From Lama guanicoe (Eukaryota): a DNA stretch of 64,000 bases. The notes beneath the pieces are model-generated. The model was not told where the DNA came from and ran no database searches. It saw only the letters and a program-made list of their open reading frames with translations. Every line of letters starts with the position of its first letter. The first letter of the stretch is position 1. Location: NCBI GenBank assembly GCA_013239625.1, contig MU054338.1:2544977-2608976 (forward strand), read 5' to 3'. Positions 52,001-64,000 of this stretch are shown here, piece after piece. The position numbers and the translations under genes were made by a program.

Positions 52001-55000
52001 TGGTACAGTGGGCTGGCACCTGGTTTCAGCTTACTTGCCCAGCAGATCAGATTGGGTTTGGTGACTCCTTGCTCACAAGGATCTCCTGACTGTCCTACCG
52101 CTTCCACAATCCTGGGTGAGGAGCTAGGGTCCTGAACCAACCCCCAGACACAGCGTGTCTTTTGGAGTCTGTACCCCAAGCTTGGGTTTGGAGCCCATGT
52201 TCAGCTCCCGCTCTAGTCCCAGAGCCCCGCCCCCCTCCTGACACCATCCTCCCCCTGGAGTGAGCGCGGTATTAACTCAGCTTGCCCCACTCCGTGGGAT
52301 GGAGCCCTGGCCCCTGTGTCCAAGGCCTTCCTAACTCTCTCTTCTCAGTCTTGGGTCTTGGGCTCTGTGTTCCTCCTCCCTCTTTCCCCTCAAGACAGCA
52401 TCTGTGAAGCTTTGGACTCTGCTCCTGGGAGCTCTGGAGTCCACTTTTGAAGAATCAGACCTCATTTCCAAACCTTGGCTGCTTCGCTTGTACTCTCCTC
52501 CATCGTGGTCTACTTCTTAGGTCACATGCCCTTCCCACACAGCCCCCAGAAGTCTTGCTTTACATCCATTTTGCACCTCAGCACTGGCATCTGAGTCCCC
52601 CCTCTTTCTGCAGGTTCCTGGCTGGTTGCAGGGTATGTCTCTTTTTTTAGGATAGTTCCTAGTGCTTCTCTCCTATGTTCCTGTCTTGGGTCCCAGATCT
52701 ACGTCCTATAGATGTCACCCCCCCTCCTAGTTTGGGCTCCTGTTAATCCTCTTGGGACCCAGCTGGGAGCATCCCTCTCCCAGGGATGCTCCTTTTCCCA
52801 GGTACCTCCCCGAGGTGAGGCTCCGGAGCTCTTGTCCCCGAGTAACTAGACTAGGCTTCTTCCTTCCTTCCCTGAGTAGTTTACTCAAAGCCACTGATCC
52901 CAGGGAGGTAGGGGACAGGACCTTCCCAGGACCCAGGCACAGTCCCCACCCCCTTCTGGTCTCCCCTTCCCAGGGTCCTGACCTGTAAATATTTTCTTTC
53001 GCTCCTCCCTCTCCTTACATTTCTCTTCTCTTACCACTGGGATCTAAAATGCAGCCGTCAGGGTTTTGTGATTATAGGGTATTACCCTCCCTTCACCTCT
53101 GAGCGCGCTCCCCCTCTACCTGCACCACACATGCTTCTGTCTCTCTCTAGAGTTTCAAGAAATTGAGATTTGCCCTAGAGATGTGGAAGTCTGAACTCTG
53201 CAAGCCCAAGGTGGCAGCCTGTGGGCTTGAAGTCCCTTGGAGCCCTAAAATTTAACCTCCTTGGGGCACTGTAGGGCTGTGGCTCTGGTGTCTCGCCCCC
53301 ACCCCAGCCAGAGATGAGGGTCTGAACTCTTATACTTTCCAGGGCCTTGAAATATGATCTGATGAACTCTACTTGACCCTCTGGTGGCTCGGGCCCCCCC
53401 ACTCCAATTAAATCAAGTTGACCCTTTTTTCAAGTTCTCTAATCAGGACTACAGCCCAGCTTGCTCCGATCCTATGGAGCCTTCTTTCTTTTTTAATGCC
53501 TTGCTCTCACCGTGGGGTGCCTTCCACGCCATTGAAATGTCTCCCTCTTATAGGCACTTTCCCAAGTGTCTCAAAGAGCTGGAGATTTTGTCTTTTGGGG
53601 TGCAAAGTGGGCTGGTCTTAGGGGAGAATGAGGGGGGCTTGTTAATAAACTTGGAAATCTGAGAATTTTAATCTGAGGCCCCTGAGAGGAGTTGGGGGTG
53701 GGTGTCTGGGAACTCCCTGAGACAGTGTGTAGTGTTTTGTACAGAGCTCCTATTTCTTGGAGAGAAGAGCCCCTGTTAAGTTCCACGCAGCTGCTCTGTC
53801 CAGGCTGATGTTTCTCCACAGGGCTCGGAAGGCACCCAGAGTTGAGACTCTGGAAGCCGTTGGAGCCTGGCGCTGTTTATAAACACAGATCTGAGGGGCA
53901 GGCGGGTCAGGATGAAGCCACGGCAGGAAGTGATCTGTGAAGTGCTCAGGGCTTCTTCCTGAATGTTTGCACCCTGCTCACACTGCCCCTCCCCTCCCGT
54001 GTCAAGGGCAGGCCCCTTGGTGGTGGCAGCTGCAGAGAAATCCGAGTCGTGAACATATGGTAGCTTGAGGGGTGTGTGCTGCTGGGGTGCGTGCGCGTCC
54101 ATGAGGCAGCTCCCGATGTCCAACCTGGTGGAAGGGATAGGTGGGGGCAGGGGCTCCCAGGGGCGGGACGATGTGTGGTGGTCAGACTCCAGTAGGCCAA
54201 GCCCACTTGCCTTTGGCTCTGTGGCTGGCGGTCAGCTCCCACATGACATTGCCTCTCCTCTTGAGTGCCTTGGGCCTCTTCCAGAAGAAACATCTTGTTT
54301 GCAAGCGTTTCTTCTCTGCTCAAGGTAGGAAGTCAGGGTGAGGGAGATGGAACCTCTTGGTTTTTATAGTATTCAATCTCTCTGCTTGGGTCCCCAAGCA
54401 GGTGGTGCTCTGGGGAGTGAGGGTCTCTCAGGCAGATGGGTGCAAGTGGAAATAGACAGCCTTAGTGGTCCCAGGTCCAGACGCCAGCCCTGCGGTTGAC
54501 AAGCAGGGAGGCCTGGGGCCAGCTGCTTCCCTCTTGGGGGCCTCAGTTTTCTCACCTATATAGTGGGCACCAGTCCTCTTTAGAAGGCCCTTGTGGTGCT
54601 TGGTATTGGTGACACTCCACATTTGTGCAGGAGTGGAAGGAAGACCTGCACTTTTGTCTTGTGTCATTTTGAGCCCACCTGGCCATCAGCCGGAGCCTGG
54701 CGCTGGACAGCTGGAAGGAACGTTGGAGAGTTCCTGTCTTGGAACTCCTGGAGGGCAGGCCACTGCCAGGCAGTCCCAAAGGAAACATGGGGATCCACTG
54801 CACTCATGTGTTTGGTTTGATTTCATTGGCGGGACCCTGCCAGGTAACAGGTGTCAGACCTCGTTCGTCACTTTGCTGCAGCTCAGTTAACAACCTCTAT
54901 GGCTGGTGGAGCCCTGTGGTTCTCAGTTGGGATTGACTCCGCCCCTAGAAGACACTTTGTATTGTCTGTGGGACGTTTGTGGTCATCATGAGTGGGGCTT

Positions 55001-56370
55001 GGGGGGGCTTCTCCCATCTGGTGGGTGGGGCTCTACACCCTGCAGTGTGCCCAGGACAGCCCGCCACGGACGATGATCCAGCCCTGACATCCGCGGCGCT
55101 GAGGGGAACGCCTGCTGGAGGTACTAGCAGACACTTTGATGGCTTCAGCTGTGTTCAGCTCTGAGTCAGTGCTGGGACAGCATGGTAAAGAAGAGCCACC
55201 ACTGGCTTCAGAGTTGGGTTTGAATCTTGTCTGTGATGAGCTCACCCAACCTGGCCGAGGTGTTCAAAGGATCAGAATTAAGCATATAATCACATGCCCA
55301 GCTCAGTCCCCAGCAGGTGAGCAGTGCTAAGCAAGTGGTGGCTGCCAGCCTCCACACTGAAGGGAAGACATGTTTGTGACCGATGTTGTGTGAGCACTCA
55401 CTCTGCTTTTCACCTCATTTGGTCCTTCCTGCATCCTAATGAGGTGGACCTGTCATTGTCCCTGATGAAGAGACTGAGGGTCAGAGAGGCCTTCAGTGTC
55501 CTCGGCTAAGGAGTGGCTGAGGCTGTTTATGAGGAATGAAGACTCCCAGTTCCTGCCCTGGAGATGCTTTCAGGGTTGAAGATGGGAAAAGAGAACCCAA
55601 AATAGAAGCAGTTGAGGGGGCAGTCAGAGGAGCTTCTGCTGCGTTGGCGATGCTGAGGAAAGTTGGAGGAGGAGGAGGGGAGCAGGACTGAGCTGGGAGG
55701 GGACATCATAGGGAAGGGTGAGCCAGCAGCCTGAGCTCGGGCGTGGAGGTGGGACCAAGCCCAGGCCAGTGGAACTGGGGCTGAAGCCACCATCTCCTGG
55801 GGGGCCAGCTGCTGACAGGGTCTCACTTCACTATACCCTCAGTCAGAGCCCAGGTGGCTCTGGAGAAGACCGGCATCCCCTTGGTGGCCCCTCACTCTGA
55901 CACCTCCCTCTAAGCATATGTGTCTGTGGTTGCTCTTCCCCAGAACATGGTGATGAGTTTCCGAGTCTCCGATCTTCAGATGCTCCTGGGTTTTGTTGGT
56001 CGGAGTAAGAGCGGACTTAAACACGAACTTGTCACCCGGGCCCTCCAGCTGGTCCAGTTTGACTGTAGCCCCGAGCTGTTCAAGAAGATCAAGGAGCTCT
56101 ACGAGACACGCTACGCCAAGAAGAGCTCGGAGCCCGTGCCCCAGCCCCACCGGCCCCTGGACCCCCTGACCATGCACTCGACCTACGACCGGGCCAGTTC
56201 AGTGCCCAGGACTCCCCTCACAGGCCCCAACATTGACTACCCTGTGCTCTACGGGAAGTACTTAAATGGACTTGGACGATTGCCTGCCAAGACCCTCAAA
56301 CCGGAAGTGCGCCTGGTGAAGCTGCCCTTCTTTAACATGTTGGATGAGTTGCTGAAGCCCACCGAGCTGG
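51546..56370 (+). CDS. PIAS4: E3 SUMO-protein ligase PIAS4 (PIASy), 5' partial; coding exons 51546-51572 and 55944-56370; gene continues beyond the window
   Basis: [66 protein letters not shown]...[23 protein letters not shown] (SAP domain with LxxLL, start of PINIT); GT-AG junctions in frame. Confidence 0.96.
54915..55115 (+). mobile_element. MER20-like fragment
   Basis: gtggttctcagttggg...ccctgcagtgtgcccaggacagcc. Confidence 0.55.
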
Positions 56371-56499
56371 GTGAGTCATCACCTCCCCTGGGGGAGCCCC
56401 ACCTTCTGAGTTCTCCTAGTACCCGAGGCCTGCCATGAGCCAAGGGTCTGCGGGCGCTTGTCCGTCCCAGGAAGTACAGGCGCCACCTTTGGGTCCTTG

Positions 56500-57045
56500 T
56501 GTTATTGACCTGTTGCTGTGTAACAATTTACCCCAAATCCCAGCAGCTTGAAACAGCCAACATCTGTTAGCTCTCAGTTTCCGAAGATCAGAACTCAGGA
56601 GTGGCCTGGCTGGGTGGTTCTGGCTCCGGGTCTTTCAGGAGGTCACAGTCAAGCTGTCGGCCAGGAGCTGCCTCATCAGAAGGCTCGACTGGGGCTGAAG
56701 GTGGGGCACTTACTCACGTGATTGCTAGCTGTTGGCTGGAGACCCCAGTTCTCACCATGTGGGCCTCTGTGGGCTGCTTGGGTGTTCTCCCAGCATGACA
56801 TGGTGACTCGAGTCCCCAAGAACCAGTGATGGGGTTGGGGGTTGCTGTAGTGGAGGGAGAGAGAGAGGAGGTAAGTGTGTGCACACGTGTGTGTGCATGA
56901 CCCAGCTGGAGGCCACGGGCTCTCTCTCTCACAACTTCAGCTTGGAAGTGGCATACCTTTGTACCTTTGCTTCTGCGGCACTCCACTGGTCACAGAGACC
57001 AAGCCTGGTACACCATGGGCAGGGGCTGTGCCAGGCTGGACCACC
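56500..57045 (-). mobile_element. MLT1-like LTR (antisense) in PIAS4 intron 2
   Basis: tgctgtgtaacaatttaccccaaa, gggtggttctggctc, ggtcacagtcaagctgtcggccagg, ttctcaccatgtgggcctct. Confidence 0.65.
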
Positions 57046-60000
57046 AGGAGGCAGGGGTCACTGGGCCACCTGGAAGAAAGGCTGGCTCCCATGCCCTTAA
57101 TCCCTGTGGCATAGGGGCTGAACGTTCTATCCGACCTTCCCTCCTTCCCCTTGCAGAAGGCTGTTTCCTAGTGGGCAGCCTGCGGGAGTGACCTTGGTCC
57201 GGGGGTTCAGGCCTGTCAACGTGGGCCAGCCTGCCAAGGCACATCTAGGTGTACGCCCAGGAAGTGGGGTGCAGTCGCAGCTGGAGGAGGTAATGCCAGG
57301 GAACCTCGTATTTATGTTGACTGCGCGCCTGCTGTGTGGCGGCCCCCGGCCCCTCCCAGACAGCTCTGATGACAGAGCTGGGGGTGGATGTCATCCTGGA
57401 CTCAACCTCAGATACTGTCTTGAGCTCCAGGCCGGGAGGCCGACTAGCCACAGTTTCTAGGGCTGGGGACGGGGTGGAAGGCAGCGGGGCTCTTGTTGCT
57501 CCTCCAGTTTTACCAGGTCCCTGCTTGTTCCTAGAGAACCCCCTCATCCATCCACTCACTGGTTTATTCACACGGCACGCATCTAAGCGCATGGAGCAGA
57601 CAAAGCCCCCACCCTTGTGGAAGTTCCCTTCTCGCACCCCTTGTCTGGGGCCTTGGGTGCCCCCAGCCTGTGCTGGCCCTCTGGGTCCTGCAGCCCATCA
57701 TGGCGAGCCCTGCGCACCGTGGCAGAATTCACGGCCCTTCCACCCACCCCAGCCACTGGGCCCCTGGCTGCGCGGTTCTCTCCCTCCCACCCTGCTGACC
57801 CAGCGGCCTGCCTTGCTCGGCCAGGGGCCCTCTCTGCACGTAGGCTTTAGTTCAGCCCCACGCCCGCTGGCCCTCTCTGTCCTGACCTAGGTTTGGGAAA
57901 GGGGAGGGGGACAACTGCCTATAGTCCTTGGACTTGGTGAGGGTGGATCAGAGGGGCTGTGGTTCCAGGCGAGGCTGCAGGAGGCTAGTGAGAGCTCTGC
58001 TGGTGGTCCTGGCCCTGGGATCTGAGGGCCCACGCTCCAGCCCGGGGCTCTGCCCTCCTCTGCTTTCTCTGATTTGAGCAGGCGTTTCTCGCCAGCCTTC
58101 AGGTGGGGAGCAGGTTGCTTCAGCAGCACCTGTTGTGGGAGTGACGTGGCAGCACTGAGGCCCAAAGTCCCCTCCCTGCATTTCTCCGAGATGACCTCTC
58201 CTGCCTCTGCTCCCCACAGTGTCTCATAGATGCAAGGACCTGTTCCCCCACCCTGCCCCTAGCAGGCTTTGAGGCCTCAGGACTGGCTGGCTGGCTGGTT
58301 CTGAAGGTCGAGCTGATGATTTAGGCTCCTAAGGACTCCAGCATGATCTTTGTAACAAGGAGTCTGGGTTTTTACTGGGGAACTGCAAGGCGGGCTTGGC
58401 GTTGGGCGGAGGATGGGGCTGGAGGTGACTTTGAACTCAGGGCTGCATCCTCCCTCCCCTGCCTGGACCGTGGGCTTCCTTCCTGCACGGCGAACGTGCA
58501 GTCCTTCCGCCCCATAATGCATCACTTTGCCCTGAGCCCCCAGGGACCCCGGTCACCTGATCTCCGGGAGAGTCTGCTCCCCTGTCTACACCAGGAATTA
58601 CTCTGCTGGCGGCTCAGAACAAAGAGGCCAACCCCACCCTGCCTTTGCTCCCACCCACTCCCCTGCCCCATCCCAAGGTGTACGCTTTTCTCGTGACTCT
58701 CTTTTTTCTCGAGGACTCCCAGCGGCTGCCCGGTTTCCTAGGGAGGGGCCTCATCCAGCACAGACGCTGGCCCCAGAGCAGGCCAGCCTCTTCTGTTCCA
58801 GGAGAAGTGGTTCTGCCTGCCCAGCCTGCGCCCTGGGTGCCTCCCTGTGGTGCACTCTGCAGCGCTGGCGTTGCCCAAGGGCCGCTTCAGGAGGTTCTGG
58901 CCAGCTTCCCCTTCCCCCTCACCCCTGGTCATGACCTGCCGACCAAAACAAGGCCCAAACAGTCTGGTCCTGTTTCACCAGAAGAGCCGCCAGCCGGCTC
59001 CGGGATGGAGACTGAGCTAGGCCGACAGGAGACATAAATCACAGGGAGAGGAATGTTCGGGTTGGGGGAGGGGAGGGGAATAATAGAACCACAGAGCGAG
59101 AGCTGGAAGGACCTTAGAAGACAGATGATCTGCTCCAGCAGGGGGTGAGGACCAGCGCCCAGAAAGGTCAGGAGACTGGCCCAAGGTCACACAGTCTCCT
59201 GAGGAGGGGAGTCTGGGGCTATGTGCTCAGCCATCTTCCCAATTCTCACCCCCTCCCTGCACTATCAGTGCCTTGCTCCCCTGCGGGGAAGCACCTGTTC
59301 TGAACCACATGAAGCTTCTGGACCCCCGGCCTCCTCAGGATGGGGAGCCCAGCCGTCTTCCCCTTCCCAGTTGGGAGAGGGGCCAACGGCCAGGCACACC
59401 GGGACCAGAGGCTCTCACTGCCCAACGATGGACAATTCAGGTGGGGTGGGGCTGAGAATGCAGCCTTGGGTTATGACACTGCTGCTGGGGGCTCACTGGA
59501 TATCTGGTGACCTGAGGGTCCCCCAAGCCTGGCCCCTTGGGGTGTCAGCAGCCAGAGTTTGGTGACCGTCATGAGACTCAAGGACAGACAGAAGTAAATA
59601 CAACCTGGCCTGGTGCTGAACCTGGGCTCCTGGTATCCCTGTGGCCAGCGCCTTGCAGGGGCCCATTCCCATGGCCCAAGAGAGAGAGTATGCTGTCCCT
59701 GGTTCTCCAGTGCCCAGAGAAGTGGCTGATTGAGAGCCAGTGGTCTAGTGCCCGCTCTGTCCTGCAGAGCCCACACATGTCCCTCGTTCAGGCTTGACGC
59801 CCCTTTGGCTGGTATTGCCCAAACAACACCTTGCCTGGTGCATTTTGCCAGGAAGCTGCACTCGAGGTGATGATAGGGTGATGGGTGAGGAATGTTCTAA
59901 TCAGGGCAGGGTTCCCAGGGAGCCAGTAATATTTCAGTACCAGGAGCCCCTTATTGCACATTTGTGGGGAGGTGGCAGTCAAGGAGGCTTCCTGGAGGAG

Positions 60001-63000
60001 GTGGCATTCCCATCTGGATCTGAGGGATGAGTAGAAATTAAGCTGGACCAAAGGAGGGTAGGGGGTGTGTGTGTTTTTTAGGCAGAGGCTGGGTGGTGAG
60101 AGAGGGTCGTGAATGGAAGCCATTGTGACTGGAGCATGGTGTGGTGGAGGCTTGGGGAGGGAGAGCAGCCCAGACATGGGCCACCGAGGCCAGGAAATGC
60201 AAGATAGGTAGGCCATTGGGAACAGTGGGAGCCAATCGGACTGTCCTGAGGGCTTCTGAGCTTTTCCAGATCTTGTTTTCTTGAATCCTTTCTCAGCGAG
60301 GAATATCCTTGAGGCACAGAGGCAGGGTGGCCTGCCCACCACCCCATAGCCTGGAGTAGTTCATACCAGGCCCCTGGTGCCTCCGTGGCATCAGGTCCAT
60401 CTAGTGCCCTGGAAACCTGGACAGTCATGGGGCACCCCATGTCCTGTGTCCCAGCTGCAGGGCAGGTGGCCTGTCCCACTGGGCTGGTTGGTGGCAGGAG
60501 GGGCTCTGCCAGCTCTGCCGTAGGTGCCTTAGGGAGCACCCAGCACAATCTGTGAGGAGCCTGCAGGTGGGCATGGAGGTGGTCCTACCTTCATGCTTTC
60601 CCCCCAGCAGCCATAGGAAGCTTTTAGACTAGCAGGCTGGTTACATTCCTCCTCTGCTCAAAACCGTCTCATGATCTGGTTTTTCTTCTCTGTCCCCTCT
60701 ATGCCCTTACCACCTCCCTCTTGCCCGCCCACTTTGCTCACTCTGTTCCAGTCTCCTCCAGCATTCCAGGCCTGATCCTGCCCCAGGACCTTTGCATGTG
60801 CTGTCCTCCTGTCTGTCACACTCTTCTCTATACACCCACATAGTCGTTCTTCCCCTGTCGCCTAATGTGAAGCTCATCTGCCTCTTCTTGCCCTCCCTCA
60901 CCGCTCTCTCCTCCCAGCCTGACATTATTCAATGCCTGGGACTGGCTTATTCCCCCACTGCATCTGCAGGATGGAGTAGGGTGGGGGCAGAATGAGCAAA
61001 GGCTTGGAGCTGAGGAGCAGCCTGGGGGCTGCAGTGAGAATGCCTTTGAACTCACGTTCTCTTTCAGTGCTTCTTCCTCCCGCGGCCCCACCAGCAGGAA
61101 GTCGGGAGCCCAGGTCCCTTGCCCCGTGAGTGGAGGAGTGTGGTTTTGAACCCAGAGCCCGCAGCTGGAGTTTGTGGTGCCCGTCTGCTCCCTGACGTTT
61201 TCGAGGCCTCTGTCCCCAGCCCAGGACACCCCCCACATCCGACCAGCACCACCTGCTGGGGCTGGGCTTCAGCCTGGACACCGGGCCTGGGGCCCCAGGG
61301 GGCTGCCAGCTAAAGGACTCCAGGCCAGTGGGAGAGACACCAGTCCCATCCAGTAGAATTCTTAAAAGGTCTTTTTCTTCCTGTTTAAATTTTTGTAAAT
61401 ATGTGTTCATCATAGAAATCACAGGTTAACACCAAGGAAGCCCGGCGTCCAGGGCAGGGGCGGTCCCTGTGGGCAGTCTCGGCTGGTTCTTGCCACTGCC
61501 TTCTCTGTGTGTGTGCGACCTACGAAGTGTGGTGTGTCCTGACTATTGGTGTGTCACCTCCTACCCCCTAGTATATCGTGCGCACCTTCTGAGGTCACTA
61601 AATATTCTTTGCTAGTGGCAGTTTGCGAGGCTGTGTGGTAATGCGTATGCCAGGCTCTGTGCTGGGGTCTCAGATCGAGCAGGCGGCTAGTTCCCCGTCT
61701 CCCTGGTCCATTTGCTCCTCCCGGGATTCCAGCTCCCCTGAGCACCCTGGGACAGGGGCTCTCCCTTTAGTCCTGAGGGGCGCTCAGCCTGGTGAGTGTG
61801 CTGGGGGCTGGGAGGGCGATTACCTCCTCCACCGTGCTCCACCTGTGCAGCATGGGTGACAACAGAGGTACCTTTGGCACAGCGTCCACAACGAACCAGA
61901 CATGGGAAAATTGTGTTCATTCTCAGAAGATAAAGGTTTTGGAGAAGACGGAACAGGGAAGGGGGTGGGGAGCGCTGGAGTTGCAGGTGGGTTGGGGTGG
62001 AGGTTGTGGCTTCTAAATAAAGGCACTCAAGGGAAGACTTCTATTCCAGGGGCATCTGCGCAGACTTTCTTAAACACCAGGACTGTGTAGATAGTTGAGG
62101 AGGGGAACGTTCTGGAAGAGGGGATGGCAAGTGCAAAGGCTTCTAGGCGAGATGTTCTTGGCAGGTGAGGAGCACGAGGAGGTGGCTAAGGTGGCTGCCG
62201 TGGAATCAAGGCCACCAGGGCTGGGGACAGAGTGCCCCCTAAGGTCCTGAGCTGGGGCAGCCAGGAGACCAGCATCGGGTCTGCATTCTGATCAGATAAG
62301 CACTGGTGGAGAAGGGACCACCCTGGATGCATTTGGGATTTGAAGTGAGCAGGATTGGCCTCAGGAGCTGATGGTGAGGATGGATGCCACATCTCAGCCC
62401 TGAACAGCCCGAAGGGTGGGGCCGCCACTGGCGGTGGCGGCTAAGGCACGGTTTTGGGGGACCCCCGCCCCCTCCTGGTGGTGTAGGGTGTGCTGTGTCC
62501 CTGCTGAGGTGGCAGCTCACCTCCCACTGGCCATTTGGCTCCCTGGGGAAACAGTCACAGCCTCCCCAAGCTGATGGCACAGCAGAAAATCTGGATTCAG
62601 CGTGCATCCCCTTCCCCCGCGGCAGCCTCACCTAGAAGTAGGAGTCCTTCCCGGAAAGGGACCCCAGATTCTAGTCCTTCAGTGACCTTTCTTGCAGTTT
62701 CTACTGGCAGAGCTCCCTGACTGCCAGGTGGACCGCCCCCCTCCCCTGCCTTCCAGGGGACTCGGTGGGATCTATTGGATGTGAGACCCCCTCCCCCATA
62801 AATAATTGCCCCGACTCTTTGGGCAGGTCTGGGCGTGTCTGCAAGTAGCCTCCCTGCAACCAGCCCTCCAATTAGGCTGCCCTTTTCCAGGGCCCCAGCC
62901 AGGACTCCGGAGGGACCAGCCCTCCTCAACAAGCAGGAACTGGCGGCAACAACGTGGCGGTGTCAGTGGCCACCTCTGACTGGCTCCAGCTCCAGACCTA

Positions 63001-63904
63001 GCCCTGAGAGATGGGTCCTGTGCGTGGAGGCTGCCCAGGCTTGGGTGGGGATGGAGGTGTACAGGGCTGGGTAGAGCTGGGGTACAAACCAGTCCGAGCT
63101 GGTTTCAAATTTGAATTGTGTTTGCTTTTTAAATAGCCTCCCCATTGTGCTGCTTTGGACTTCGGAAGCAGGGGTGGGCCGACCAGGGCCTGCTCCCTGC
63201 TGGCCTTGGCCACGCCAGGCCTGTGCTCAGGTCTCACTGGCGGCTTTTGTGGTGCAAGGCAGAGTGGGGACGTGGAGGCATAAGCCATGTGGCTTACAAA
63301 GCCGAAAATATTTACACCCCTACTCGTTACAGGGACAGTCGGCCCATCACTCTTCTGAAGGGTTTGCAGTATGAAAAAGGCGGATGCCTTACCTCCCAGC
63401 CACTCCAAGGCTGACATGTGGCCAGCTCTTGCACCCCCAGAGACAGCTCTTGCACAGAGCCCCTCCCTCGGTTTTGGCTTTTGATTACACAGATAGCAAC
63501 CCCTGCTCCACACCTGCCTTTTTCACTTAAAACCATCTTGGGGATGAGTCTGTATCGGAGCACCTTTTCACGGTAGCATAGTATTCCCTTGTGTGGGGTC
63601 CCGTGCGGATGCTGACCAGACCACACGGGTGGGCACCTAGGTCATTAACAGTCTTTTGCTGATGAAAACCATCTGGAGTCGCGTCGGGCGGCAGGCGTGG
63701 TCCTGCTGCGCGTACGCGCGTCTGCCAGCGCCAGTGGCCGTGGTCCGGGGTCTGTGCCGGCTTCTCCGCGGAGCCTTTCCCTCCTGCCAGCACGGCCTCG
63801 TCAGTGTCTATCAGACTTCTCCGCCTCTTCCAGTCTTCCAGTCACATGACTGCCGAGTGTAGTGGGTTTTGTTGGGGGGGCGGTATTGGTGTTATTTGTG
63901 TTTT

Positions 63905-64000
63905 GGTTTTTTTGCTTCATTAAATTGATTTTTACATTGAAGTGAGATTTTTTTTAATTGAAGTATATAGTCAGTTTACAATGTTGTGTCAGTTTCTGGT
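63905..64000 (-). mobile_element. 3' end of an antisense L1-type element, truncated by the window edge
   Basis: Poly-T followed by aattgaagtatatagtcagtttacaatgttgtgtcagtttctggt, typical of laurasiatherian L1 3' ends. Confidence 0.6.

Overview
Mammalian genomic DNA (GC-rich, repeat-dense), syntenic with human 19p13.3. Six copies of a tRNA-Ala-derived SINE resembling the camelid Vic-1 family suggest a camel or alpaca/llama source (inference). I rebuilt exon structures by hand from splice sites and reading frame. NMRK2 (+) has 7 coding exons and 195 aa, DAPK3/ZIPK (-) has 8 coding exons and 454 aa, and EEF2 (-) has 15 exons and 858 aa and hosts the intronic C/D snoRNA SNORD37. The first two coding exons of PIAS4 (+) are also present. 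All three complete CDSs are intact with GT-AG introns. Most six-frame ORFs are chance products of high GC or antisense shadows of exons. I found no convincing new biological system. The best second-look items are a near-perfect ~115-bp tandem duplication, a decayed counterpart of the primate MIR637 locus, lineage-specific DAPK3 and NMRK2 residues, a possible alternative NMRK2 5' exon with an overlapping uORF, and several candidate enhancers (MEF2/CArG, CArG+MCAT, paired NRF1, CLEAR). Comparisons to human/mouse sequences and repeat family names are from memory and need alignment to confirm. Repeat boundaries are approximate.
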